From the NCBI GenBank assembly GCA_017516865.1, contig JAFXAU010000020.1, positions 57,711 through 121,710 on the forward strand: DNA of 64,000 bases. Direction: 5' to 3'. The notes under the pieces are model-generated. The model was not told the origin of the DNA, searched no databases, and saw only the letters and a list, made by a program, of their open reading frames with translations. Positions 29,732 to 40,199 of this stretch are shown one piece after another. The DNA is from Bacteroidales bacterium. Lineage in GTDB: Bacteria > Bacteroidota > Bacteroidia > Bacteroidales > UBA1715. Within the stretch, counting starts at the first letter, position 1; every line of letters starts with the position of its first letter. Made by a program: the position numbers and the translations under genes.

Positions 29732-32356
29732 TTATAATTCTGAAATCTTATTTTTAACCAATTGCAATGCGGCTGGAATTCCTTGAGGATTTTTACCTCC
29801 CGCTGTTGCAAAGAACGGTTGACCGCCGCCGCCGCCGGCAATTTCTTTTGCCATCAGTTTTATCAATTCCTGTGCTGTGAGTTTGTAATCGTCAATCACA
29901 TCTTGCGAAACAGCAACGCACACATTTGCTTTGCCGTCAACGTTTGCTGCCAAAACAACAATGAACGAAGAAAGGCTGTTTTTAACGCCAAACACGATGT
30001 CTTTCAACGCATTGGCATTCGCTGCGGAGATTTCTTTTACAATAAGCGAAATATTGTTTTTCGTCTCGGTTTCTTTCAGCAATTCTTTTGCGACTTGTTG
30101 TGTCTGTTGTTTTTCGAATGCCTCAAGCTGTTTCTGCAATTTTGCATTGTCGGCAACGAGTTGTTCTACTTGTTTTGTGAGATTTACTGGATTTTTCAGT
30201 AATTCTTTTATGGTTGCGATTGTGTCAACTTGCTCGAAGATGAATTTCTCAGCATTGTCGGACGTAACGGCTTCAATACGACGGATTCCAGCTGCAATGG
30301 CACTTTCGGAAACGATTTTGAAGAAACCGATTTTTCCCGTTGATGAAATGTGCGTACCACCACACAATTCCATTGAATCGCCAAATTTAATCACACGAAC
30401 TTTGTCGCCATATTTTTCGCCGAACAATGCTTTGGCACCCATCGCCTTTGCTTCGTTGATTGGCATATCGCGATATTCCTGCAAAGCATAATCCGAACGA
30501 ATCAATTGATTTACAATCTGTTCCGTCTTACGAATTTCTTCGTCGGTCATTTTTTGGAAATGCGAGAAGTCGAAACGCAAGTGTTCCGGTGTAACCAACG
30601 AACCTTTTTGTTCAACGTGTGAGCCAAGTACCTGTTGAAGAGCGTATTGCAACAAGTGCGTTGCCGAGTGGTTACATTCCGTCAATTCGCGTGATTTGGT
30701 ATTTACCACTGCATTGAACTCCGTATCAAGCGTTTCGGGAAGTTTTTCGCATAAATGAACAATAAGACCATTTTCGCGAACAGTGTCAACTATGGTAGTT
30801 TTTACACCATTTGCCTCAATATAACCTTTATCGCCGACCTGACCACCCATTTCGCCATAGAACGGAGTCTTATCGAACACCAATTGGTACAGCGTCTTTC
30901 CTTTTGCCGTTACCTGACGATATTTCACTATCGAAACCATACATTCCTTGGTGTCGTAGCCCACGAATGCGTTTCCTTGTTCGTTTGAAAGCACAACCCA
31001 GTCGCCAGTAGAAATGTTTGTTGCCTGACGGGCACGTTCTTTCTGTTTTTCAAGTTCTTTCTGGAATTCGTCAATGTCAACTTCGAGATTTTGCTCGCGG
31101 GCAATCAATGTCGTCAAATCAAGCGGGAATCCGTATGTGTCGTACAACGTGAACGCATCGACACCCGAAATCGTTTTCTGACCGGCCTGTTTCACTTTTT
31201 CAATCTTCGAGTTCAACAAATTGATACCAGTTTCCAATGTCTTCAAGAAAGATTTTTCCTCCTCGAAAATAACCTTTGTTATCAATTTTTCCTGAGCAAT
31301 AATTTCGGGATATGCTTTTCCCATTGTTTGAATCAGGCAAGGAAGCAATCGGTACATGAACGGTTCGTGAAGGTTCAAGAACGTGTATCCATAACGCACA
31401 GCACGGCGAAGAATACGACGAATCACGTAACCTGCCTTTATGTTCGACGGCAACTGACCATCGGCTATTGCGAACGAAATGGTGCGAATGTGGTCGGCAA
31501 TCACGCGCATAGCCACATCTTGTTTTGCGTCGTCGCCATATTTTGTGTTTGAAATTGCACCAATTTCCGTAATCAGCGGCTGGAACACGTCGGTGTCGTA
31601 GTTCGACTGTTTGCCTTGCGTAACCATTGCAAGACGTTCGAATCCCATACCCGTGTCGATGTGTTTTTTTGGCAAAAGTTCCAATTCGCCGTTTGCCTTA
31701 CGGTTATATTGCATGAACACAAGGTTCCAAATCTCAATCACTTGCGGATGGTCGTGGTTCACGAGTTCGTGTCCCGGTTTCTTTGCCTTTTCCTCGGCTG
31801 AACGAATATCCACGTGGATTTCGGAGCAAGGACCACAAGGACCAACTTCGCCCATTTCCCAGAAATTGTCGTGCTTGTTTCCTTTCAAAATTCGTTCTTC
31901 GGGAAGATATTGTTTCCAAATGTCGAACGCTTCCTGGTCAAACGACGTTCCGTCGGTTTTGTCACCCTCGAAAACAGTGGCATACAGACAATTTTTGTCG
32001 ATTTTCAACACTTCGGTCAAATATTCCCATGCCCATGAAATTGCTTCTTTCTTGAAATAGTCGCCGAACGACCAGTTTCCAAGCATTTCGAACATGGTAT
32101 GGTGGTAGGTGTCGTGACCAACTTCCTCCAAATCGTTGTGTTTGCCCGAAACACGCAGACACTTCTGCGAATCGGCCACACGAGGACGAGTAATCGGAGA
32201 AATTCCGAGGAAAATATCTTTGAACTGGTTCATACCTGCGTTGGTGAACATCAAAGTTGGGTCACCTTTCACCACCATCGGAGCCGACGGCACTATTGTA
32301 TGCTGTTTTGAAGCAAAGAAGTCTAAAAACGACTGACGTAATTCTTGAGCGTTCAT
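29732..32356 (-). CDS. alaS: Alanine--tRNA ligase
   Basis: 874 aa. [11 protein letters not shown] and the editing-domain H..H/CGGTH block ([10 protein letters not shown]). Confidence 0.97.
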   Translation of the reverse strand: MNAQELRQSFLDFFASKQHTIVPSAPMVVKGDPTLMFTNAGMNQFKDIFLGISPITRPRVADSQKCLRVSGKHNDLEEVGHDTYHHTMFEMLGNWSFGDYFKKEAISWAWEYLTEVLKIDKNCLYATVFEGDKTDGTSFDQEAFDIWKQYLPEERILKGNKHDNFWEMGEVGPCGPCSEIHVDIRSAEEKAKKPGHELVNHDHPQVIEIWNLVFMQYNRKANGELELLPKKHIDTGMGFERLAMVTQGKQSNYDTDVFQPLITEIGAISNTKYGDDAKQDVAMRVIADHIRTISFAIADGQLPSNIKAGYVIRRILRRAVRYGYTFLNLHEPFMYRLLPCLIQTMGKAYPEIIAQEKLITKVIFEEEKSFLKTLETGINLLNSKIEKVKQAGQKTISGVDAFTLYDTYGFPLDLTTLIAREQNLEVDIDEFQKELEKQKERARQATNISTGDWVVLSNEQGNAFVGYDTKECMVSIVKYRQVTAKGKTLYQLVFDKTPFYGEMGGQVGDKGYIEANGVKTTIVDTVRENGLIVHLCEKLPETLDTEFNAVVNTKSRELTECNHSATHLLQYALQQVLGSHVEQKGSLVTPEHLRFDFSHFQKMTDEEIRKTEQIVNQLIRSDYALQEYRDMPINEAKAMGAKALFGEKYGDKVRVIKFGDSMELCGGTHISSTGKIGFFKIVSESAIAAGIRRIEAVTSDNAEKFIFEQVDTIATIKELLKNPVNLTKQVEQLVADNAKLQKQLEAFEKQQTQQVAKELLKETETKNNISLIVKEISAANANALKDIVFGVKNSLSSFIVVLAANVDGKANVCVAVSQDVIDDYKLTAQELIKLMAKEIAGGGGGQPFFATAGGKNPQGIPAALQLVKNKISEL

Positions 32357-32403
32357 TATTACTATGTTTGTTATAACCGATGCAAAAGTATGTTTTTTTT
32401 ATT

Positions 32404-32411
32404 TATATTTG
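32404..32411 (+). promoter_or_regulatory. Bacteroidetes-type -7 box TAnnTTTG (TATATTTG)
   Basis: Exact consensus match, 20 nt upstream of ATG 32432. Confidence 0.45.
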
Positions 32412-32431
32412 CCGACCTAAGCAAATATTAT

Positions 32432-33391
32432 ATGACAAAAGGAAAATTTAGATTCAATCCCGAAACACTATCTTACGAAAAGATAGAGCGTTCCCCTCGG
32501 AGAATTCTAATCTTGTTATTTTCCTATTTAATTACTGTGATTGTCGTTGGATTTGCTTTTATGCTCACCTGGCTGCATTTTTTCCCATCCTCGCGAGAAA
32601 AACAATTGATGGACGAAAATAAAACGTTGCGAAATCAATATAAAAGTCTCAATAGTCGCATTGGAAGTTTGGAAAAAGTTGTGGAAGACCTTTCTGATAG
32701 AGATAATAATATTTATCGAATGGTGTTCGAGTCGGAGCCAATTCCAAATTCCGTCAGAAACGGTGGCTTCGGTGGCGTGAACCGTTATGCGGAGATTGAA
32801 TCTATTCCTAACATGGAACTTGTGGTTAAAACGAACAAGCGTATGGATGTTTTGATGAAAAAAATCTACATTCAGTCGCTTTCATTCGACACGATTGTAG
32901 ACAAGGCAAAAAACAAACAGGAAATGTTGCAACACATTCCTGGTATTCAACCGCTAAAGACATATAAATATGTATCTGGTTTCGGAACGCGTATGCACCC
33001 TATATATAAAACATTGAGAACACATACGGGTATTGACTTGGTTGCTCCGACAGGCACGAAAATCTATGCTACAGGCGACGGCGTCGTCACTTCTGCAAAG
33101 TTCGAACGTGGTTACGGGAAAGCAATTGTCATAAATCATGGTTACCAGTATCAGTCAATGTACGCTCACTGTTCCGAAATTCTTGTACATCAAGGGCAAA
33201 AAGTTAAACGAGGTGAAGTTATCGGATTGGTCGGAAATACAGGTGTTTCAACAGGTTCGCATTTGCACTATGAAATTATAAAAGGCGGTCAGAAAGTCAA
33301 TCCAATAAACTATTTCTTGAACGATCTTTCGCCAAGCGAATTCGAAGAAATTCGTCAGATTTCTATTCAGCCGAATCAGTCTTTTGACTAA
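32432..33391 (+). CDS. M23-family metallopeptidase (membrane anchored)
   Basis: N-terminal TM (ILILLFSYLITVIVVGFAFML), a coiled coil, then HTGIDLVAPTGT, GDGVV and GNTGVSTGSHLHYEI. The ORF track start at 32345 overlaps alaS; ATG 32432 follows the promoter box. Confidence 0.88.
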   Translation: MTKGKFRFNPETLSYEKIERSPRRILILLFSYLITVIVVGFAFMLTWLHFFPSSREKQLMDENKTLRNQYKSLNSRIGSLEKVVEDLSDRDNNIYRMVFESEPIPNSVRNGGFGGVNRYAEIESIPNMELVVKTNKRMDVLMKKIYIQSLSFDTIVDKAKNKQEMLQHIPGIQPLKTYKYVSGFGTRMHPIYKTLRTHTGIDLVAPTGTKIYATGDGVVTSAKFERGYGKAIVINHGYQYQSMYAHCSEILVHQGQKVKRGEVIGLVGNTGVSTGSHLHYEIIKGGQKVNPINYFLNDLSPSEFEEIRQISIQPNQSFD

Positions 33392-33437
33392 TCAAAATCT
33401 TTCAAAAATTATTTGTATTTAATCGAAAAATATTTCG

Positions 33438-33445
33438 TACTTTTG
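33438..33445 (+). promoter_or_regulatory. Bacteroidetes-type -7 box TAnnTTTG (TACTTTTG)
   Basis: Exact consensus match, 17 nt upstream of ATG 33463. Confidence 0.45.
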
Positions 33446-33462
33446 CGCGTTTATTGTAGCGT

Positions 33463-34248
33463 ATGAAGAAGTACTTGTCAATATTGGTCCTGTTTGCCTG
33501 TGTGGGCTGTCAGAGCGAGTATCAGAAGCTGATCAAGTCTAATGACTATGATGCTGTGTACGAAGGTGCCGTAAAGTACTTCGAGGCGAAAGATTACTAT
33601 AAGAGTTACGAATTGTTGGAAAAAGCGTTGCCTGCATTCCGACTTACGGAAAAAGGAGAAAACATTGTCATGATGTTGGCTAAAAGTTATTATGAAGAAG
33701 GCGACAACCTTATGGCGGCATATTATTTTGAACGCTTTGCTCTTTCGTATCCTACAAGTCAGCAAGTGGAATATGCATATTATTATTCTGCTTTGTGCTA
33801 CTACAATATTTCGCCCGTCGCAACATTGGACCAAACATACACCGACAAGGCAATTCAGGCATTCCAACTGTATATCAATAAATTTCCGCAAGGTTCTTAC
33901 GTAAAAGAAAGTAACGAACATATAGGAAAATTGCGGGAGAAACTTGAGGAAAAGGCATTTAAAAACAGTAAAATCTTCTACAATCTTGAAGATTACAAGG
34001 CTGCCGTCACTGCTCTGAAAAATTGTCTGAAACAGTATCCCGACAGCAAATATCGGGAAGAACTGCTATATTTGACGTTACGTTCCTCGTTTCTTTTGGC
34101 TGAAAACAGCGTTGAATCAAAAAAAGAAGAACGATACGAAATGGCGACCGACGATTATCATGCTTACATTGACGAATATCCAAACGGCCAATGGGCAAAA
34201 GATGCCGAAAATATTTTTCTAAAAATTCAAAAACGTACAACTAATTAA
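33463..34248 (+). CDS. bamD: Outer membrane protein assembly factor BamD (TPR lipoprotein)
   Basis: 261 aa. Lipobox LFACVGC, TPR-like repeats, and the conserved Bacteroidetes position upstream of rpoZ-coaBC. Confidence 0.8.
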   Translation: MKKYLSILVLFACVGCQSEYQKLIKSNDYDAVYEGAVKYFEAKDYYKSYELLEKALPAFRLTEKGENIVMMLAKSYYEEGDNLMAAYYFERFALSYPTSQQVEYAYYYSALCYYNISPVATLDQTYTDKAIQAFQLYINKFPQGSYVKESNEHIGKLREKLEEKAFKNSKIFYNLEDYKAAVTALKNCLKQYPDSKYREELLYLTLRSSFLLAENSVESKKEERYEMATDDYHAYIDEYPNGQWAKDAENIFLKIQKRTTN

Positions 34249-34259
34249 ATATTCTACAT

Positions 34260-34592
34260 ATGGATTACAAAAAAACAAAAGCTCCATCTTCGACGATTAC
34301 GAGAGACATTCAAACTTTGGAAAAAGGTACGAACAACATCTACGAATCAATTGCTATTATTGCTAAAAGAGCAGATCAGATTGAAACTGATTTGAAAAAA
34401 GAACTTGACTCGAAGTTGGAAGAATTCGCTTCTGTAAATGACACGCTCGAAGAAACGTTCGAGAACCGTGAACAAATCGAAATCTCAAAATTCTACGAAA
34501 AATTGCCGAACCCTGTTCTTATCGCAATCGAAGAATTTCTTGACGACAAGATTTATTACAGAATGCCCGAAGAGGAAGAAACTGAAGCGTAA
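34260..34592 (+). CDS. rpoZ: DNA-directed RNA polymerase subunit omega
   Basis: 110 aa. NIYESIAIIAKRADQI (omega/Rpb6 core helix) and an acidic C-terminus. Sits between bamD and coaBC. Confidence 0.7.
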   Translation: MDYKKTKAPSSTITRDIQTLEKGTNNIYESIAIIAKRADQIETDLKKELDSKLEEFASVNDTLEETFENREQIEISKFYEKLPNPVLIAIEEFLDDKIYYRMPEEEETEA

Positions 34593-35161
34593 TGTTACAA
34601 GGAAAGCACATATTATTAGGTATAACGGGAAGCATAGCGGCATACAAGGCTGCTATGCTTACACGTTTGCTTATTAAACAAGGTGCGACCGTTAAAATTG
34701 TAATGACGCCTCTTGCCAAGGAATTTATCACCCCCGTCACCTTGGCTACGCTCAGTAAAAACACTGTTCTGTCGGATTTTTTTCATCACGACGACGGAAG
34801 TTGGAATAGCCATGTGGAATTAGGCTTGTGGGCCGATGTGTTTGTTGTAGCTCCTTGTACAGCCAACACCCTTGCAAAAATGGCAAATGGAATAGCCGAC
34901 AATCTATTGCTGACAAGTTATCTGTCGGTTCGTTGCCCCGTTGTTCTTGCTCCTGCAATGGACATGGATATGTTTGCCCACAAAGCGACACAACGAAACA
35001 TTTCCACACTCAAAAAAGACGGCGTTTCGTTCATTGAACCTACAAGTGGTGAACTTGCCAGTGGTCTTGACGGAAAAGGCCGAATGGCAGAACCCGAAGC
35101 CATAGTTGAATGGCTGTCAGATTTCTTTGAAAAAGAGAAATCACTAAAAAAAAAATTCTAA
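34592..35161 (+). CDS. coaBC: coaBC N-terminal half (phosphopantothenoylcysteine decarboxylase, CoaC domain), ended prematurely by a frame change in an A10 run
   Basis: GKHILLGITGSIAAYK, PAMDMDM and GELASGLDGKGRMAEPE flavoprotein blocks. It ends ...SLKKKF* immediately after the homopolymer. Confidence 0.85.
   Translation: MLQGKHILLGITGSIAAYKAAMLTRLLIKQGATVKIVMTPLAKEFITPVTLATLSKNTVLSDFFHHDDGSWNSHVELGLWADVFVVAPCTANTLAKMANGIADNLLLTSYLSVRCPVVLAPAMDMDMFAHKATQRNISTLKKDGVSFIEPTSGELASGLDGKGRMAEPEAIVEWLSDFFEKEKSLKKKF
35146..35155 (+). other. A10 homopolymer at the coaBC frame break
   Basis: tca cta aaa aaa aaa ttc taa in frame 1. With 11 (or 8) A residues the reading continues [32 protein letters not shown], the canonical start of the CoaB domain. 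Confidence 0.9.
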
Positions 35162-35790
35162 TCACAGCCGGTCCGACTTATGAGTCGATAGATCCTGTTC
35201 GCTTTATTGGTAATTATTCCAGCGGAAAAATGGGCTTTTCTATTGCCGAAGAAGCCGCACGGCGAGGTGCCGACGTAATTTTAATTACAGGTCCCGTACA
35301 TTTACAGACGAGTCATCCAAATATTACAAGAATCGACGTCACTTCGGCGCAAGAAATGTACGAATCTGCTCTTCGCTATTTCCCTGGAACAGATGGTGCT
35401 ATACTTAGTGCCGCTGTAGCAGATTTTAGACCAGCGACAAAATCCAATACTAAAATCAAGGAAAAACAACATCTTACTATAGAACTCGAACCAAATCCCG
35501 ACATTGCACAAGAATTAGGGAAAGTGAAAAAAGAAAATCAAATTCTCGCCGGATTTGCATTGGAAACCAACGACGAAATGCAGCATGCAAAAGGGAAACT
35601 CGAACGTAAGAATTTTGATTTCATTGTTCTTAATTCTTTGGCAGACGAAGGTGCGGGATTCGGATACGATACAAACAAAGTTACCGTTATAAAACGAAAC
35701 GGCGACATAACCAATTTTGCACTTAAAAGTAAAAAAGAGGTTGCTTCGGATATTATTTCTATCTTTGCATCAATGGTAAACGAAAAATGA
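35155..35790 (+). CDS. coaBC: coaBC C-terminal half (phosphopantothenate--cysteine ligase, CoaB domain) in the -1 frame
   Basis: This frame is open from 35131. It encodes [39 protein letters not shown]..., so the conserved ITAGPT..IDPVR motif lies upstream of the ORF-track ATG at 35230. Confidence 0.85.
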   Translation: [211 protein letters not shown]

Positions 35791-36689
35791 AAAGATTTTT
35801 GTTCATAGTATTTTCTATTGTTTTGCTTGCGTTTCAAGCTGAAGCACAAGAACTTCGCTGTCGTGTGAATATACAATATAATGATATTGCAAATGCCGAC
35901 AAAGATATGTTCAACACGCTTCGCTCTTCAATAGAAGACTTTATGAACTCGCAGGCTTGGACACACCATTCGTACGAAGAACAGGAGAAAATAGAGGTGA
36001 AATTAACGTTGCGTATCACGTCGCAGTCGTCAAAAAATTTCTCTGGAACCTTACAAATAAATTCATCGCGTCCTGTTTACAATTCAACGTACACTACTTC
36101 GTTGCTGAATCACGTTGATGACAAAATAAGCTTTCAATACGAAGAAAACGAGCCGATTGAATTTTCGGAAAATGCATTCGTTTCGAATCTTTCTTCAATA
36201 CTCGCTTATTACGCATACATTGTACTTGGCTTAGACTACGACACATTTAGTCCTAACGGAGGAATCGAATTTTACCAAAAAGCACAAAATGTGGTCTCTG
36301 CGGCACAAGCCAATGACGAATCGGGTTGGAGTGCATCTTCGCGTGACGACAAGACACGTTACTGGTTCGTCGAGAATCTTTTGAACTCAAGTTACGCTCC
36401 GTTCCATTCGGCGCTGTATCGATACCACAGACTTGGTCTCGATATTATGTACGACAAGCCCGATGAAGGACGAAAAGAAATTTATACCGCAATATCGGAA
36501 CTCGAAAAAGTCTACAGACAAAAACCGGGTTCGTACCTGCTCACAGCTTTCTTTTACGCTAAGAAAGACGAGATTGTGCAAATCTTTTCCGAAGGCAACG
36601 CCGACGAGAAAAATAGGATTGTCACTCTTGCCAAGAAACTCAATCCTGCCAACGTAAACGACTACGACAAAATAACATCCACAAAATAA
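35787..36689 (+). CDS. DUF4835-like secreted protein (family conserved between coaBC and recN in Bacteroidetes)
   Basis: 300 aa. Signal ...AFQAEA/QEL followed by RCRVNIQYNDI...F..L...I.DFMN...WT, the typical N-terminus of this family. ATGA overlap with the coaBC stop. Confidence 0.6.
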   Translation: MKRFLFIVFSIVLLAFQAEAQELRCRVNIQYNDIANADKDMFNTLRSSIEDFMNSQAWTHHSYEEQEKIEVKLTLRITSQSSKNFSGTLQINSSRPVYNSTYTTSLLNHVDDKISFQYEENEPIEFSENAFVSNLSSILAYYAYIVLGLDYDTFSPNGGIEFYQKAQNVVSAAQANDESGWSASSRDDKTRYWFVENLLNSSYAPFHSALYRYHRLGLDIMYDKPDEGRKEIYTAISELEKVYRQKPGSYLLTAFFYAKKDEIVQIFSEGNADEKNRIVTLAKKLNPANVNDYDKITSTK

Positions 36690-36695
36690 CCTACC

Positions 36696-38351
36696 ATGTT
36701 GCATAAATTAACAATTTCGAACTATGCGCTGATTGACAATCTTGATATTTCGTTCACCGATGGAATGACTACTATCACAGGTGAGACGGGGGCGGGGAAA
36801 TCAATCATCTTGGGTGCATTGTCGCTTCTTTTAGGGAAAAGAGCCGACACGACTGTGCTGAAAGACAAAGACAAAAAAAGTGTTGTCGAAGCGACGTTTT
36901 CTTTGCCAAATGATTCGCTTTCGGCTTTTTTCGAATCTCTCGACATTGATTTCGATAACGAAACCATTATCAGACGCGAAATTACTCCGCAAGGCAAATC
37001 ACGCTCGTTTGTGAACGATACGCCTGTCGGTCTGCAAACACTTAAAGAACTCGGCACAGTTTTGATTGACATTCATTCTCAACATCAAAATTTGTTTCTC
37101 AAGGAATCTTCGTTCCAATGTCAAGTTGTTGATGCCGAGGCAAATAATAGTGATTTGCTTAATGAATATGCAAAAGAATTGCATGTACTTAATAAGAGAA
37201 AAAAAGAGTTGGAAGATTTTCTTTCCGAAATTCAAAAAAAGAAAGATGACCTTGCATATTACAAATACCGTCTTGACGAACTTGTAAAAGCAAATCTGCA
37301 AGGAGGTGAACTTGCCGACCTTGAACAGGAGTCCACATTGATGGAACACAGCGAGGAAATCAAAACCATGCTTGCCCAGGCTGACGAAGCATTTTCGGGT
37401 GAAAACGCACTGCTCAGTCAACTTAAAACCATACAACACAGTTTTGAGAAAAACGCGCAATTGTCGTCTCAATTTCAGGCGATTTCAGAAAGACTTGCAC
37501 AGTCATACATTGAACTTTCCGACATTTCGGACGAAATTTCTAAAAACAATGCAAATTTAGATTTCGACCCGCAGCAAAAGGAATCAATTGACGAACGAAT
37601 TGATTTGCTCAATACCTTGTTGCACAAATATTCTGCTCTTGACGAAAATGAGCTTATTGCAAAGAGAGACGAATTGCAGACGCTTGTCAATTCACTTGAA
37701 AATGCTGATTTTCAGAGCGAGGAACTACAGAAAAATTACGACCAACAGATTTTAGTGGTTCAGAAAATCGCCGATGAAATTCATTTGCGTAGGGCAGAGG
37801 CGGTTCAACGATTGGAACCGCAAATTGTATCGTTACTGCAAAAATTAGGCATGCCGAATGTGAAATTTGCAATAGACATGATACCGTTAAATGAATTTCG
37901 AAGCAATGGGAAAGACGAAATTCGTATGAAATTTTCGGCAAACAAAAACATTGCTCCGCAGTGGCTGGGCGAAATAAGTTCGGGCGGTGAATTATCGCGC
38001 GTGATGCTGTGTCTCAAATACATTCTGACGAAAAACAAATCGGTTCACACAATTATTTTCGACGAAATTGATACAGGTGTTTCTGGCGAAATTGCAGACC
38101 AAATGGGTTCTATGATGCTTGATATGTCTAAGGATTTGCAAATCATTACAATAACGCATTTGCCTCAGATTGCGGTAAAAGCACAGAATCAATTCAAAGT
38201 ATTCAAGACGGAAACAACCGAAACAACAACTTCGAGCATTGAAAAACTGACAGAGGAACAAAGAGTCAATGAGATTGCAAAAATGTTGAGCGGAAAAACA
38301 ATCACCGAAGCCGCGTTGAACAATGCTCGGCTACTGTTGAATGCACGGTAA
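36696..38351 (+). CDS. recN: DNA repair protein RecN
   Basis: 551 aa. ITGETGAGKSIILGAL Walker A, a long coiled coil, ISSGGELSRVML signature and IIFDEIDTGVSG Walker B. Confidence 0.95.
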   Translation: MLHKLTISNYALIDNLDISFTDGMTTITGETGAGKSIILGALSLLLGKRADTTVLKDKDKKSVVEATFSLPNDSLSAFFESLDIDFDNETIIRREITPQGKSRSFVNDTPVGLQTLKELGTVLIDIHSQHQNLFLKESSFQCQVVDAEANNSDLLNEYAKELHVLNKRKKELEDFLSEIQKKKDDLAYYKYRLDELVKANLQGGELADLEQESTLMEHSEEIKTMLAQADEAFSGENALLSQLKTIQHSFEKNAQLSSQFQAISERLAQSYIELSDISDEISKNNANLDFDPQQKESIDERIDLLNTLLHKYSALDENELIAKRDELQTLVNSLENADFQSEELQKNYDQQILVVQKIADEIHLRRAEAVQRLEPQIVSLLQKLGMPNVKFAIDMIPLNEFRSNGKDEIRMKFSANKNIAPQWLGEISSGGELSRVMLCLKYILTKNKSVHTIIFDEIDTGVSGEIADQMGSMMLDMSKDLQIITITHLPQIAVKAQNQFKVFKTETTETTTSSIEKLTEEQRVNEIAKMLSGKTITEAALNNARLLLNAR

Positions 38352-38415
38352 GGACACGATTTGTCGCGTACTTGCAAATAATACCGCTTAATTTTTCATT
38401 CTTAATTTTAAAAAG

Positions 38416-38423
38416 TATATTTG
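38416..38423 (+). promoter_or_regulatory. Bacteroidetes-type -7 box TAnnTTTG (TATATTTG)
   Basis: Exact consensus match, 25 nt upstream of ATG 38449. Confidence 0.45.
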
Positions 38424-38448
38424 CAAGGATATTATTCTTAAATAAAAA

Positions 38449-40032
38449 ATGAGAATTACGACAGATTATTTGGTGATTGGTTCAGGTTTGGCAGGACTGA
38501 GTTTTGCCCTGAAAGTGGCGGAAACAGGGACTGTGACAATCATCTCGAAAACAAAACTTGACGAAACAAACACTTCGTATGCCCAAGGCGGAATAGCAGC
38601 GGTGCTAAATACTTCAAAATCAGATAGTTTCGATAAACATATCGAAGATACGCTGATTGCCGGTGCAGGCATTTGCGACAGAAAAGCGGTTGAAAAAGTT
38701 ATAGAATATGCTCCTCACGCCATTACCGACTTGATTTCGTGGGGCACGCAGTTCGACAAAAACGAGGAGAACGAAAAAACATTCGACCTTCACCGCGAAG
38801 GTGGCCATAGTATGCACCGAATCCTCCACCATCAAGACAATACAGGGTTTGAAGTGCAACGTGCGCTGTGCGAAAAAGTCCGCGGACATAAAAATATTAC
38901 CATTTATGAGAATTATTTTGCCGTTGATTTAATCACTCAGCACCACTCGGGAATGCTCGTTAAACGTCATCTGACGGAAATTAAATGTTATGGTGCATAT
39001 GCTCTTGACTTAAAAACACACAAAGTCGTGACCATTTTGGCAAAAGCCACTATGCTTGCTACGGGCGGTGCAGGACAATTGTTCTCGACCACGACGAATC
39101 CTGTTGTGGCGACTGGCGACGGTTTTGCCATGGTGTATCGGGCAAAAGGAATTGTCGATAACATGGAATTTGTGCAATTCCATCCTACGGCACTCTACAA
39201 TCCGAGTGAATCGCCTAACTTCTTGATTACCGAAGCAATGCGGGGATTTGGAGCAATCTTGCGCGACAAAGAAGGCGTTGCGTTTATGACCAAATATGAC
39301 GAACGTGGAAACCTTGCTCCGCGTGACATAGTGGCACGAGCCATAGATAACGAGATGAAGAAGAGCGGCGAGGATCACGTGTATTTGGACTGTACGCATT
39401 TGGATTCTGAAGCGCTCAAGGAACATTTCCCACATATTTACAACAAATGTCTGAGCATAGGAATTGACATCACCAAAGAAATGATTCCTGTAACCCCTGC
39501 GGCGCATTATTTTTGCGGAGGCGTAAAAGTTGACTTGGAAGGACGTACCTCGATAAAATATTTGTATGCGGCTGGCGAAACAACGTGTACGGGGCTTCAC
39601 GGCGGAAACCGACTTGCCTCGAACAGTCTGCTGGAAGCAATTGCGTATGCCGATTTTGCATCGAAGGCGGCAATGAAAGAAATACAAGAAAACGATTGTC
39701 CGCAAGACATTCCCGACTGGAATGACGAAGGAACGTCGCATCCCGAGGAAATGGTGCTTATTACCCAAAGTTTGAAGGAAGTGAAACAAATAATGAGCAA
39801 CTATGTGGGAATCGTGCGGAGCCAAGTTCGTTTGAAACGTGCTTTTAATCGTTTGTGGACGATTTATTCCGAAACGGAGGAACTCTACCAGCAGACAAAA
39901 CTTTCGCGCAAATTGTGCGAATTACGTAACCTTGTTCAAGTCGGTTATTTAGTCATAAAAGCTGCTCGTGCACGCAAAGAAAGCGTTGGTGCACATTATA
40001 TGGCTGATTTTCAGAATAATACGAAGAAATAA
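38449..40032 (+). CDS. nadB: L-aspartate oxidase
   Basis: 527 aa. DYLVIGSGLAGLS FAD-binding start, AQGGIAA, and HPTAL / HYFCGGV blocks of the succinate dehydrogenase/fumarate reductase flavoprotein family. Confidence 0.92.
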   Translation: MRITTDYLVIGSGLAGLSFALKVAETGTVTIISKTKLDETNTSYAQGGIAAVLNTSKSDSFDKHIEDTLIAGAGICDRKAVEKVIEYAPHAITDLISWGTQFDKNEENEKTFDLHREGGHSMHRILHHQDNTGFEVQRALCEKVRGHKNITIYENYFAVDLITQHHSGMLVKRHLTEIKCYGAYALDLKTHKVVTILAKATMLATGGAGQLFSTTTNPVVATGDGFAMVYRAKGIVDNMEFVQFHPTALYNPSESPNFLITEAMRGFGAILRDKEGVAFMTKYDERGNLAPRDIVARAIDNEMKKSGEDHVYLDCTHLDSEALKEHFPHIYNKCLSIGIDITKEMIPVTPAAHYFCGGVKVDLEGRTSIKYLYAAGETTCTGLHGGNRLASNSLLEAIAYADFASKAAMKEIQENDCPQDIPDWNDEGTSHPEEMVLITQSLKEVKQIMSNYVGIVRSQVRLKRAFNRLWTIYSETEELYQQTKLSRKLCELRNLVQVGYLVIKAARARKESVGAHYMADFQNNTKK

Positions 40033-40039
40033 TATAAAA

Positions 40040-40067
40040 GTAGAGACGTAGCGCGCTACGTCTCTAC
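40040..40067. repeat. Perfect 28-nt palindrome GTAGAGACGTAGCG/CGCTACGTCTCTAC
   Basis: Read directly. It lies 8 nt after the nadB stop and 132 nt before the C10 gene ATG. No T run follows on the + strand. Confidence 0.9.
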
Positions 40068-40199
40068 CACAGAGAACATCGTGATACATTGTCAATTCTC
40101 AATTACAAATTGAGCGAACGCATTTTTATTGTTTTTTCTTTACGCAGTAGGATTGCAAAAAAAGAAATTTTCCTATTTTTACCAACTTAATTATACAAA

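Noticed and set aside
29762-32336. Many long + strand ORFs (up to 186 aa) opposite alaS.
   Set aside because: They are antisense to a highly conserved aminoacyl-tRNA synthetase gene and have low-complexity, Cys/Phe/Ser-rich translations with no motifs. This is typical of shadow ORFs.
36722-38377. A series of 60-157 aa ORFs opposite recN.
   Set aside because: These are shadow ORFs antisense to a well-supported recN frame.
39010-39825. A 271-aa ORF on the minus strand.
   Set aside because: It lies entirely antisense within nadB. Its composition is Arg/Phe/His-rich, with no recognisable domain.
40098-40114. A small hairpin, CTCAATT-aca-AATTGAG, upstream of the C10 gene.
   Set aside because: It has only a 7-bp AT-rich stem with a 3-nt loop. 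That is too weak to call an operator or terminator without further evidence.
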